Source: Eledone cirrhosa
Taxonomy: Eukaryota
DNA: 64,000 bases
Reading direction: 5' to 3'
Assembly: GCA_964016885.1 (NCBI GenBank)
Contig: OZ024743.1
Location: 16,058,001-16,122,000, forward strand
Of the stretch, positions 38,293 to 51,939 are shown one piece after another. How positions within the stretch are numbered: position 1 is the stretch's first letter; every line of letters begins with the position of its first letter. Below the pieces are notes generated by a model, which had not been told where the DNA came from, did no database searches, and saw only the letters and a list, made by a program, of their open reading frames with translations. The translations under genes were made by a program, and so were the position numbers.

Positions 38293-38442
38293 CATTATTT
38301 CTGAAGACGGCGTATATATGTGTTGGTAAGTATATTTAATCTTGATAGTTTGTATAATTTTGTATAATTTTGTACATAGATCTGTTGAATATGCATGCCA
38401 ATTCTAACACATATATATCCTAGAAACGATCGTTAAATAATG
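38293..38442 (+). ncRNA. Type I HHR with ~115-nt extended stem II
   Basis: cattattt-CTGAAGA-cggcgtatatatgtgttgg...ctaacacatatatatccta-GAAA-cgatcg-TT-aaataatg. Confidence 0.75.
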
Positions 38443-38497
38443 AACTTTTTTTGTTTAATATAAGGAACTGTTTCATTGTTTATTCATTATTTGTTTA

Positions 38498-38529
<32 letters not shown>

Positions 38530-41500
38530 CGCAAGAGAATATATATATGCAATAATATATATATATATATATATATATGCAAGAAAAAGTATTCTTGATT
38601 ACACTTACTTCCTTATTTCCAATCTAATCATACATGTTTCTCATCACCATGGTTTCCAACATGCAAGCTACCTAGTCATTTATTTATCTATCACGTTACA
38701 AGGAATGGCAACACTTTTTTATTGTCATCATCATCATCATCATTTTATGTCTGCTTTTCCCTGCTTGCAAGGATGGGACTTTGTATTGAAATTAAAAGCC
38801 TCGTTCATCATGGCTGCATTAAGAACTTATTTGATCCCCTAGTCAGTAATTTACAAAAAATATCTAAACATAAAATGTAGAATTTTACAGATATATATCG
38901 TATGTTTCTTGACCCATACCAAGAGATAACAGTCAGTCAAACTTAACAACAGGATATAAAGTTCCCTTTCTTCCGTTCATCACATGTATTGATTTTCCAA
39001 ATGATAGATGTTCAACCCTTTGAATCTTGCAGAAAAACAGCTGACTAATATCAATTTTATGACCATAACTTTTATCATGAAACAGTACATGGCTCCAAAA
39101 AAAAAAAAAAAAAAAAGCTTGAGAGACTGCAAGAAAGGAGAAATGAACAAATTAAATAAATAAATACGAATAAGAAGAAAATAAGAAAATGAAAGAATTT
39201 TTGTTGGATATTTGAAGATTATAAGTAACTGTTTATAGTTACTTATTTGATGTTCATGCTAGTCAATAAATTTGGATATAACATCTAAGGGTTCTCTTAT
39301 TTGTTCTCTTATAAGAAATCGGCGAAATTCTTGGAGATTCCTGTTGATAAATAGATAAATGACTAGATAGAGATAGACAAATAAATAAATACATTAAAAT
39401 ATGGAATATTTTGCCTAGCAACCAGGGGGTCAGTTGAATCTCAGCACTTTGATTATTATAGCAAAGATTCATACTTGGAGCCAAATAGATGAAAGTAGAG
39501 TGTATGTTTACAAAGTAAAACATTATATCAGGGAATATGTTTAAAATCAAACTGTATAAGAAGTATCGTGCACAAATATTGAAGAAATAAAATATGAGAA
39601 ATATAGTATTTCTTTATATATTTGGTTTTGGCTTTATAGTTTTAAATTCAAGAAATAGAAGTAACGAACATTCATAAATTTGGCATGCAAGTTGTAAGGC
39701 TTCTTGAAAAGAATGTAAAGAAAAAATTGAAAAGAGAATTTGTTTAGTAAATGTATTATCTTTAACAATGATAAACAACCATATTCCCATATTTGTTACT
39801 ATTTAACAACCAAAGTAGGAAGAAAATAAGAGAGAAGAAAAATGAAAAAATGAAGAGGAACAAAACTCAGAAATAAGAAAAATCGAATGCAAGAGTCAAT
39901 GTTTAAAGGGATGAAAAAACATTAACAACATTTGGTTTCTATATTTTTTCAGTCTTCTTATATTTATATTTATATATCTATTATAAAGAAACATTTTGTT
40001 AATGATAGTTTTGGCATGTAAATGTTCTTGTTCTTCACACACAGATTCCCTATCACAAAAAGTGAAAATCGTATGGCTATAAAACTCAAAACTAGTCATG
40101 CCAAAAATATCCTTATGTTTTGTAGAGATAACAGAAAATTTCTGCAGATATGAAACATGTTACTAACATTCATTAACATGATCTTATCATTTGGATAGTA
40201 AATGTGCATATAAATAATACATACAGACACACACACATATATATATACACACACACATACACACACACGCGCGCGCGCACACACACACACACACACATAT
40301 ATATATTCATGGACGAATAATTATTTTATTTATTCATGTGTTTGCACATAAATGATCAATATTTATTCCATGGACTAGCACTGGAGAATAAATTACATCA
40401 TCAGATGTTTCCTTAATAACAGGAAGCTAGCTAACTTATACACTTGAGAAGTGATATATGATGTTGTGATAATCATGCTTTTTCTAAAGTTAGTTGTAGT
40501 ATAAAATGAAATAGCATCTTCCAGGAATATAAACTTAATTAAAATCTCAGCTTGACAGGAGCTCCTTTTGACTTCATAGACACAATAAATTTGCCTGTTT
40601 ATTCATGTCTGTTATATGTGGGCATATGTACTAATAACAATTTATGTGTATTATGTATGTGATGACATAATCCTATTATGTAAAGTATATACATATTCTT
40701 CTTCTTCTTCTTCTTCTTGAGGATGAGAGGGAGGAGGGCATTAGAGGTAGTGTCCTCAGACACACCTTCTTGAGTGTCCTATCAGAAGAACCAACTCTAA
40801 TTGACCTGGCTGGATCACCAAGCCAAACCAACCACCAAGCTCATGGATGGTATCCAACCATCTTGCTTATAGTCTATTGCTGGGCCTCAGAAGTGTAGTG
40901 AATAATTGAAAATGCAGAGTAATTTCATTTCACAAGAGGAATGATATGCCTTCTGGATTTATAGATATCTATCAGTAATATAGCTATAATTCATAATAAC
41001 TGAATCTGTGTTTCTATGTTTTACATGTATCATGACGTAATGCATCCAATATACTTAAAAAGTGGTTAGCAAACGAGTTGAGATAAAATTAGATTAAGAA
41101 AATGATGTAGTCCTGCTGAGAACATAAAGTCATTTCTAGTTCTATGCCCATGATATAATGCACCCGTTACAGAGCATTCTGCCATAGAAAGTATGGCAAA
41201 AAAGGAATATACTAATGAGGACCTGTCCTATCTATATCTGATAAGAACTGGCTTGGTCAGTGAGGACCTGTCTCATCTATAACTGCATGGAAAGTGGACA
41301 TCAAATCATGATGATAATGATGGCATTAGAACATGCATTATTTGAATATGCCTGAAAATAATTCAATAAATCAATCAACTAATGTATTATTTCATGCTTG
41401 TCTGGAGTACAGAAATAATTTCTTTATTTTATATTCATAATCAGAAACATTTATCAATGTATTGATTAACTCTATTGACTCTGAGAGCAAGATGTAATGG

Positions 41501-43335
41501 CAATTGTGACATTCATGCATTTCACAAAGATACTAGTAATGTAAATGGTGTGAAACAGCTGCAACAGTGAAATGAAACTGTTTTGTAAATTCAACTGGTT
41601 TGAGTCAACATGCATCACCAACTTTTTTTACAAGCAGTCTTTAATTGCTATTTTTTATTCAAGAAAGTATGTTAACAATATGATCCTATAAACTATTAAA
41701 TTATCATTCTCGATTTAAGTTATTAAAGTTGCAGCCCAACTTGAAAGATAATATGATATCAGCTCACATATGTAAACTATTAGACTACCACTCATTCACT
41801 TAAAATATTACTAGAGAAAGCTTTAAGGTATGTAAATTGTCATACTTGGTCAATTAACCATCTTGGCAATCTGATAGTATGTTATGTTGAACTGTTAAAT
41901 GTAAGTGATGTGCACTCAGCTGTCATTAATTTATCCTCTCATCCAACATATCAAATAAATTAACCATCATAATTTTTTTTCTTCAATGGATTAAAATCTA
42001 TGGTCTTGTCCTCTGCATCCTTTACTTTAGGGAATTAAAAAACTCCGAAATTGTTACATAGAAATAATATTAATTTTCACTCTTCATCATAATCATCATC
42101 AGCAGCATTATAGTCCTAACCAAATGCTTTTCTATTAATGAAATGTTTACATTATCATCAACATCATTTTTCATCAAGACCTGACAGCATAACATTTTTC
42201 TTTTAATATTTGTAAGTGATTGCATCAGATGTGCTGTGTAGCATTAAAGTTAGCAGTTGGTGAGCAAGATATGATCTGATTTTTATGAATTCTCCGTTGA
42301 AACTGATTCATTTCTCTCGTGTCATTCATGCCAAATGGAAAAAAAGTGATGTCTTGACCTTTTTTTCATTCTGAGCTGATGCCTTCTTATAACAATATTA
42401 ATTTCTCACATTAGCACATGGTTACAAATTTGTAAGGTATAAAATTAGTCAATTAATTACACCCAAAATATTACAAGTACATATGTTCTGAATCACAAAG
42501 AAATTAAGAACACTTTTTACCATGGCAGTATATGAAATGTCAAAGTAGATGATTGTCATTTAATATTAAATAATTCTATAATGATAATATTAAGTTATAT
42601 TGAACAAATTATCGAATTCTACAGTAAAATTTGCTTTCCATTGTTTACCTTTATCATGTTGTGTCATATTATTATTTGAAATCTTGTTAAGGTCAACATA
42701 TCTCTTTATCTAGTTCACTTCACTTCTTTACATTTCCCTTGACCCTTGTATCTTGTGGGTGCTGCAGTACAGAACAGTGCATTACTTCCCTCTATTTATC
42801 TCTATTAATGTTGTCAGTCCAGAATTGGGTTGCTGCATTATATTTACCAGTTAATTCACTGATGTTATTCACCCATTTTTTCTTTAGGTATCCTTATCTC
42901 ATTTTCCCCCAAAATATAGTTGTGGTGATCTTGACATGTGAACATACTATCACATTTTTCTTTCCTTCACAGTTGTTAACAGATCTTTGTAGTTGACTAC
43001 ATGTTGACTGATTGCTATGTGAATGCTTTTGTTGCATATGTGTTCTGTATAGGAGGTGACAATAATGTTTCCATAGCATGTTATTTCAAATGTTAGTATT
43101 TTCCTCTGTATGTGATGCGTTGGATTGGGTGCATTCCACTTCTAATGTTGGGGTGTTTTGTGCATACACAATATATTACACATAATCAGGCAGGCTGTAA
43201 GTAATGAATTTCAGGCCTCCTTCATTTGATGTGTAACTGTAAATTGGGTGGCAGTAATTTTTCCAGACTTTCAACACATCAACAACATATTTTGCATTCC
43301 AGCCTCTCTGGGTGATCAGTTTAGTCTTGCTGACT

Positions 43336-43615
43336 TTATGTAGGAAGTTGTCGAGCTGTGAGTAAAATTCCTATATGTCCGTAAACATGAAAGTCTATTG
43401 TAGGAGCATACACATGAACCAGTGTGATTTTAAGTAGTGTTGCTTTCAGTTGAATTGTAATAAGTCTGCTGGATAATGTGTAATATGCCAGTATGGTATG
43501 TGTGACAAGCCTACTCACACGGAGGCCTCCACTATTGATATGGCTGTCTTGTTTTCCACTGTAGATCAATTTGTGACTGGTATTTGTCTTGCATTCTGTA
43601 ATTTGTATCATCTAC
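43336..43615 (-). pseudogene. Decayed AP-endonuclease fragment of an RTE-like LINE
   Basis: SSRLITIQLKA..KITLVHVYAPT. Confidence 0.65.
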
Positions 43616-43819
43616 ATCACATCTACAACTAATCCTTTGGAAAACTTTGATCAGGAACATAAGGTTGACCGAATGAATAATAGACGGTTATGCAGAAAAA
43701 CTAAAGATGCTCCAATGGTCAGGCAAACAAGGTTCTGGTAACTACAATGTTTATGGGATCTGTGGCTAATGAGGGAGATGCCACTTTTTTCCTCAGGGAT
43801 TAAGGCTCAGTGCTACTGA

Positions 43820-45115
43820 CTATGTCTGTTTTTCTACAATCAGATGGGTTGGGCACAACCTTTTCATCACTCATTGCGTTCCTTCATCGTCTATTCTGTG
43901 ATTTGAGATCAGCTCCAGAACCTCTGCACAGGTCTTCCTTGGTCTACCTCTACTGTGGCTTCCTTCAACTGGGATTTTCTGGCACTTCATCACCCAGTGA
44001 TAATTATCCATTCACATCACATGCCCATACCAAGGCAGTCTTCTAACTTTGGATTCTTCTTAAATCTAATTTCTCCCTCAGTTCATCCAAGCTCTGCCTT
44101 GCCTTTCTCTCACATTTACATTGCGCATCCCATGAAGCTTGGTTGCTTCACCTCTTTCCAGCCTAATTCATTTCTCTCCAGCCTCTACAGTCACTGCTCA
44201 TGTTTTAATACCAGGTAGCATTGCACTTCACCCATAAGTGTCATTCATCCATCCTTTTGTATATAGAGAGCAATATTTTGTGGTAAAAATTTGGAGTAGT
44301 TTCGTGAACATTTTCTATATTATCCTTATTGTAGCTATTATGCTCTCAGAGCACCTTCCTTTCCTGCTAATTAGGTCACCTAGATAGCAAATGCTATCAA
44401 CCACTTCTTTGGATCCTTCATGTGATTGGAAAATATTTATACTGACACTCTTCCTATTAATTAACCTTGTGCATCTGATATACATACAAAGTCTTCCTGT
44501 TCTGTTGACTGCCTGTTATCCCACTACATCTCTTGTGTATCTAAGGTATTGTGTACATGAGTTTATGCCTACACCTTATATAAATATATATATTTAAAGC
44601 AGTTTCTGTCTACCAAATTCTGAATAGGTACTCTCTCATTGATTGAGTGTCAGTGATACACACCTTTATCAATCTCAGTTAGGATCTGTTGAAGTGGTTG
44701 ATATTTTCTGCTATCTATGTGATCTAATTTGCACAGGACGAGGGTGCTCCAAAAGCATAGTAGCTATAATAAGTACAGGATGGAGGAAGTTTCAGGAGTT
44801 ATTACACCTGTTGAGAGCAACAGTTTTCTTTCTATGAATGAAAGTTCAGCCGCATGTTTGATGTGGAATGCTGCCTGTTAGTGGACATGGGCTGTGAATG
44901 AAGAGGATATGCAAAAGCTGGGGAGAAATGAAGCATGAAAGGTATGGTGGATGTGTAATTTTAATGTGCATGAATGACAAAGCATGGGCAAACGTAGAAA
45001 GAAACTACATATTAGAGGAATAAGATATAGTGATCAGGAGAGAAGACAATGCTGTTATGGACATATAATGTACATGAATGATGATCGCTGGATAACAAAG
45101 TGCCAGGAAATCCCA
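43820..45115. mobile_element. Two old RTE C-terminal fragments head-to-head (43820-44580 minus; 44655-45115 plus)
   Basis: VEVVDIFCYL.DLI..G.GCS..I..GWRKFQELL-like sequence on both strands. Confidence 0.7.
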
Positions 45116-45411
45116 CTGTTTTGTTCATAGCATAGAAATAATGATGACATAGGCAAGTTCATGTGGTATCCTATAAGCATTGAATGATTAATACGACTTT
45201 TGCTGAATAAGATACATATTCATGTCAGTGAATTAGCAGAATTATTAGAACATCAAATAGGATGCCTCACAGTATTTGCTCTCAGTCCTTGGGAGAAGGA
45301 TACACTTGATATATCTCCTCGTTTAACAATCCCACCGGGTCCTTGAAGGGTTTCATTCTGTTGAAAAATTGGAAGGGAAATATTTATGAAGATTCATAAT
45401 TTATATATAAG

Positions 45412-45748
45412 AAGGCACATGGCTTAGTGGTTCGAGCATTGGCCTTGCAATCGAAGGGTTGTGAGTTCAATTCTCAGACCGGGTGATGTGTTGTTTCCTT
45501 GAGCAAGACACTTTATTTCACATTGCTCTAGTTTACTCAAAACTCAGCTGTAGAAATGAGATGATAGGGACCCCAGTCCCTATCATTCCACTGCAAAGGG
45601 GTCGTGGAGGTGCCACGGCAAAAAAGCACCCAGCACTCACTGTAAATGAGGTTGGTGTTAGAAATCAAGCCAGAATCAGTTCCCGTCCCACCCTTGCAAG
45701 CAAGGAAAAGTGGACGTAACATGAAATGATGAATGATGAATGATGATG
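45412..45748 (+). mobile_element. Full-length SINE-A: tRNA head, CORE-like domain and RTE-derived tail
   Basis: A box tggcttagtgg; B box gagttcaattc; ccttgagcaagacacttt...cagctgtagaaatgag; tail cccttgcaagcaaggaaaagtggacgtaa(atg)n. Confidence 0.9.
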
Positions 45749-48724
45749 AAAAGATTTTCTTTTCCAAATGAATTTGTAGCGATTTAGAATAAACTTTCTA
45801 AAAGTACATTAAACTTCTGTAAATATTTACTAAAATTGGGCTACTATATATACATAAAACTAGTTGTTCCAAATGTGACATTTGTTGACAATTTTGCATG
45901 GAATGAATATGCTCATTTTTTTCATCTCTTCTTATCTTTAAATATTCTTTGGATTTTTTCCAATGTGTATTTTTGTGTATTTCATTTGTCTTGTTTCTTA
46001 TTATTTGCACTTCTCTGTAACAGTATACAAAAGAAATTAATAAGAATATTTTCCCTCCAGCAATGATAATAAAAAGAAAGAAATGTTACCAACTAGCACT
46101 CTTGGACAATTGCTTTTGTGCAAATATATGCTAATTTAATTAGATAAATACACAACGAAGAAATTCCAAAAGTGTTTGCTAAGTTTACATAAATCATTGC
46201 AGATAAAAATAAAATAATGTCCTGAATGTTCTCTAGAGAAACCAAAATCTTCTTCTCCTCTGTCTGTCAATCTAGCAAAACATAGAAGAACTACATATTT
46301 AACCTTCTATTGCAATGAGGATGTAAACATTCTTACAAATTATTTCATACTTTTGGGGAATATGCCTACAGCATTCCTTGACTCTTATGGTACCTACATG
46401 CCTGAAATAAAATTTGGTTCTACTTTATTTTTATCACACAACAAAGAGGAAAGATAGTGTTTATGGCCCTTTATTGATTCAGGGCATATAAAACTGGAGG
46501 AAAGGAAGAAGATATACTCAAATTGGAAACCTTGTTTGCAGGCTTATTACAGAGTCCATTAAAGGTGGTGGTGTCAAACTGGGTGATTAAGTCAGCCATC
46601 CACAGGAGTCACAGAAGAATTTGAACAAATAACCCAAGGTATACTGTCTAATGCTCTAATGATTTCTCCAGTGACCTGCTCTATTCTGGTACTTTAAGTA
46701 TCAAATCCAGAAGGATGAACTCAAATTCAATGATCAAAGGTGGTAATAAAATTTCTAGTTTTAAAGGTTGCTTTTACTCATATTTAAATTAAAACCTATC
46801 ATTTTACTAATTTATCTTCCATACACCATTACAATAATGACACAGTTACATTAATAAATTTCCCCTGATTCTTGGTTTTCAAAATTAATTGCAGCATTAT
46901 AGGCTGTCTATTTCATTAGGAATATATTTAATCAAATAACTACAGATAAAAACAGAAAATCAAATGAAAAAGTGGTTTATAACACTTGACTAGCAATGCA
47001 AGCAAGTAAATATATTTCGAAATTTCCAAAAATACTAGCTTCTTTGCTAGATAAATTTATTGTTATGCATGTTTTCAAATCAACTCCATACAAATAGACC
47101 TACAATGAAATGCTTTCTATCAATTACTGTCTTATTTTTAATTTTTTTAAATCTAAGACCACAATATCTAATGTGTCCTTTCCATTGTTAAGATGGTAGT
47201 ATCTATTGATTACAATTTGGTTGCTAATCCTAGTGTCCAAATGACCATGTGTATCTCAAATTCCCCAACACCCAAAATAAACAGCTGTTATAATAAATAT
47301 CACTTCTTCGAAATTAATTGCAAACCTGTCGTGTATTAGCATAATCACAAGAGTACATAAAAAGACTGCATTATGCAGACTGGTGGATCATAATGTGCAA
47401 TAAAATGCTTTAGGAAAGTAATTTTGGAAACGATTGTTATGAAACGAATCTTATTTATACAAATACAAATCTCATCAATACAATATGCCTTAATGAGTCA
47501 ATGAGTGATTCTTAAATCAAGCTTTTAGAAAATAAGAGCAAAATCTATATCAACTCTCACCCTACCATCTTAAAGAAAGGGATGTCACATTAGAAAAGAT
47601 AGACCCTGATACACAAAATGATGGGATAGTCAGAGATAGAAAGTCTTTGATCATAGATCTGCTCAACCAGATTTGATCTGCAGATTAAACAACCAATACA
47701 ACAAAAATCTGATTCCACATGATCAGTATCAAATTACACATAAATTATAAAGTATTTTCAAACATTACTGAGTTTTACTTCTAATAAACTATAGCACTAA
47801 TTCCTACTTCTGTGAATTATGCAAGAATATTGAATGAAAACAATTTTAATTATAAATATATAATTTCTGTATTGAATGAATATCCTGGTACTGTTGGCCT
47901 TAGGACCACCTCCCTACTTACCACCATTGGTACAGAGTTGGCAAGACACAGGTATGAGCCTCACAATTTGGAAAATGTGTCTCCCTCACCATTCTGAAGG
48001 GAAGGGCCTTCTCTATTCTGTTCAGCAGGGCCACCAGTGCATGGGCCACCATTTGCTTATAATAGATGAGGAGAGCGAAAGAGACAGGAAGTGACAATGG
48101 GAATGTTATTCCATTATGTTCAGACCTAATATGTATGTATATATTTATTTACCACACCATATATACATTTCCTGTCTAATTTAAATATGACTATGTATTT
48201 ACTTACTTACTCTAACAATCTCTTCTCTACATTTCTTTATTATTCATATCATGGCAGTTTGTTCACATAATCATATTTATTAAGTCTACTACTCATGAAA
48301 TATTCATTATAATTCTCTTCAGCATTTTTTTCCAATATTCCTAAAGACTCTGAATATGTCAATTTGTATGCAAAGCTAGAAATAGTGGCCAATTGTATCT
48401 CATCTCACATGTTCCTATCTTATATAAAGAAACATTGTATTGGATAATCTACTTCTAGATTAAGAAATAAAATAGCGTGATCATGGCAAGAAAATTTCAA
48501 TCATAGGTTTGCTTGGTCAGAGTTGGGAATTTGGGACTAAATAACTTATAAATTGCAAGATGGTTTAAGTTGCCATTTGATATGACAGACACTATATAGA
48601 TTGATAACAGTTATGAAATGAGATAATTTTTGTGATGTTCTTTAACAAAAGCTTGGTGTGTATGAATGGTAAGAGCAATGCAAGCCACCCACAGGCATGG
48701 TATCAGCTAAACAAAAGTAGACAA

Positions 48725-51422
48725 TGAGTTTAGAGAGGAATGGCGTTGGACTTATGCTTAGCACCCGAGCAACTCGAGCATTGATCAGATGGGAGCCAGT
48801 CAGCGAGCACATCATAACCTCCCATTTTCAAAGTGGGCATGTGAAAATTACTGTTGTTCAGGGCTACGCACTGATTGATGATGTAACCAACATCGACAAG
48901 GACGCCTTCTATGAACAGCTGCAGGACACATTTAATAACTTGCCCAGCCATGACATCAAACTATTGATCAGTGATTTCAACACTCAGACAGGGAGTGGAA
49001 CAGGTCACTGGGCCATTTGGTTCTGCTGCAGTCACCATGGACAACGGCGAGAGACTGCACCTGTTTTGTGCCATCAACAGCTTGTGCATTAGCAACACCT
49101 ATTTCAACCAGAAAAGCTGAAACGAGATCGAATACATCTGCATCAACCAAAGCTGGCGGTCCTCAGTATGTGACGTCAGAGTGTACCGAGGTGCAGACAT
49201 GGGCTCAGACTACCACCTACTGCGTGTGGAACTTCAGCTGCAGCTGAAGAAATGGACATGACAGGAAAGACCAAAGCCATATGCAGTGGAGAAGCTGAAG
49301 TATCGTGGTCAAGTGCGACTGTACCAACTGGTGCTACACAACCAATTCCAGCAGTTGAGTAAGGCTGCAGATCTGGAAGATCAATGGACGATGTTTGCGA
49401 CAGCGGTGACTGAAGCAGCACAAGAAACTATTGGCCAAAGACAAGGAATGAGGAGGGAAAAATGGATCCAAGAACCAATGTTGCACCTGATTGACAGACG
49501 AAAAAAGGCAAAAGTTGAGCGAGATTCTGCCAGATTAGAGGAAGACCAAAAGAAAAGCGATGCTGTATACCGCCAAATCGACCGACTGGTAAAGCGAAGC
49601 TGCCGGCGGGACAAACGTGACTGGCTGGAGAAAAAGGGTGCTGAGGCAGAGGAAGCTGCTGGTCGAAATGACACAAAAGCACTGTTCCACATCGTGAGGG
49701 AGTTGACAGGAATGTCGAGCGGTGCCAGCATGCCATTGAAGGACAAAAATGGCAAGACGTTGACCACTGGAGCGGACCAGGAGCAGCGATGGATGGAGCA
49801 CTTCCGGGAGATGCTGAACCAACTAAATCCGGTCGCCCTGATAGACTTGACCGCAGAAACTATAGCAACCACTGAGGTACTCAAAATCTGCGACGACCAT
49901 ATCACCAAGCAAGAGATGAGAGATGCGATTAGCCACTTGAGGAATGGCAAAGCAGGCAGACTGGATGAGATCTCTGCTGAGCTGCTCAAATTCAGTGAGG
50001 AGAGCACGATAACAGCATTGACAGACTTTATGAATCACTGCTGGAGGGTTGATCGGATTCCCCTTGAGTGGCAGCACGGTGTCATCGTCAAAATGCCGAA
50101 GAAGGGAAACCTGGCAGACTGCAACAACTGGCGTGGTATCATATTGTTGTCAGTCCCAGGCAAGGCGTTCTGCACTGTGCCGCTGCATCGACTCCGGCAG
50201 GCTGTCGACTTTGTGCAACCAGGAGGAACAAGCCGGTTTCTGAAAAAATCGATCTTGCACAGAACAGATCTTTACACTATGCAACATTCTCGAACAATGC
50301 GTTGAACTACAACAGCCTTTGGCGGTCAATTTTATTGATTTCCAGAAGGCATTCGACAGTGTACACTGGGAGTCGCTGTGGAATGTTGCGCAACTGTACG
50401 GCATTCCTGCAAGATTCATCACCATTTTCAAGGCCCTGTATGAAAACTCCAGCTGCTGCGTGTGGACTGAGTCCGGTGTGACGGAGTTCTTTGACATTGT
50501 CTCAGGAGTCAGGCTGGGCTGCATTCTCTCTCCACTGTTGTTCCTGCTGGCAGCCGATTTCATACTAAGGCGAATGGATGAAGGACCCGGCCGAGGAATC
50601 CCATGGAGAGGGCAGTCGAGGCTGAGGGACCTGTCATTCGCTGACGACATCGCTTTGATCGCTGAAAACAGTGCAGATCTGCAGGCCCTAACAACATCCC
50701 TACCAGAGAGTGTGGAAAAGATCGGCCTGAGAATCAACACCAAAAAGACCAAGGTCATTTGAACGGCCAGCAACACAAGTCCAGTGATCCGAGTCAACCA
50801 ATAGGACCTCGAGGAAGTCGATCACTTCACTTATCTGGGCAGCATCCTGACAAGCAGCGGCAACGCGGAGCTCGACATCAACTGTTGGATCGGCAAAGGA
50901 GCCGCAGTTTTCCAGCGGCTGTGCTCAGTCTGGTCGTCTTCATGCATTAGCTGCAAGACCAAGCTCCGCCTGTACAAGAGCATTTTGCTGCCAACAGTGC
51001 TTAATGCGAGCGAGACCTGGAAGAGCATGGCAAAAATAGAGAGACGGCTGAATGCTTTCCACCAGCAGGCCTGCGAAAGATCCTTAATGTGTCCTGGCGC
51101 AACCGAGTGCAAAATAAGGAGATCCTGTGGAGAACCAAGTCATGGATGCTACAGAGAGTGGTCACGAAGCGTCGGTGCCGACTGGCTGGCCATATTCTGC
51201 GTCTGCCAAATGAACAGCATTTGAAAACAGCGATGCACTGGACTCCACCTGGCGGTAAATGGAGGCGGAGTTGCCCAAGGATCACCTGGCGATGAACGTT
51301 CCAGAAGGACCTGATGGCACCAACATCACCTGGCACAGTCTTGAAAAAATTGCCGCTGATCGTGACCGTTGGCGAGAACCTACTGCTCGATGCACGGCAC
51401 GGAAGAATCTAAGACTAAGACT
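48725..51422 (+). mobile_element. RTE-clade LINE family C (GC-rich), 5'-truncated and frameshifted
   Basis: APE (GVGLML, VQGYA, DFN) and RT (CNNWRGI, FIDFQKAFDSV, GVRLGCILSPLLF, LSFADD), then LAGHILR and a ctaagactaaga tail. Confidence 0.93.
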
Positions 51423-51879
51423 GTTACAAAACATGAGTTAACCTACGGCTGTAGTAAAAGTCCTTTTTTCTAAATTCCACACATTTGTAACCAGCACTTG
51501 GCAATATAATTGCAAAGCAAATGCTTTAAGCAAATAATATTATATATATCTATGAGTGTGTTTGTGCGTTTGTGCATCTATGCCTGTATCTTTGAATGTG
51601 TATGGGTGTCTGTGTGTCTGTATGTGTGTATGTGTATGTCTGAATGAGAATATATATAATATAATATAAAATGATATAATGAGAATGATTTAGTATGCTA
51701 TATTTGTAAAACTACAAACACTGGATTTGAAGATTCTTTTAAAGATATTAAGAAAAATATAATAGCATATTTATGGTAATGATAATGGTGTATATTGATA
51801 CATTGCTTAATGATTGGGTTCACCAAAGATAAGATGAATTTATATATTGTGACACACACACACATGTATACACGCACAT

Positions 51880-51939
<60 letters not shown>

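Larger units (their letters stand above)
38079..38506. repeat. Near-perfect fold-back, 213-bp arms with a 2-nt spacer (38292-38293)
   Basis: Arms 38079-38291 and 38294-38506. One mismatch noted (tatacatacc vs tatacttacc). Confidence 0.95.

Noticed and set aside
40345-40412. Minus-strand CTGATGA with an atttattc/gaataaat stem
   Set aside because: GAAA and stem III are missing. At most a badly decayed remnant.
45412-45485. Functional tRNA gene
   Set aside because: It has A and B boxes, but the cloverleaf stems are broken and it continues into a SINE body.
49381-50797. Long antisense ORFs (208 and 215 aa) over the RTE
   Set aside because: Shadow ORFs of a GC-rich RT coding strand with no independent motifs.
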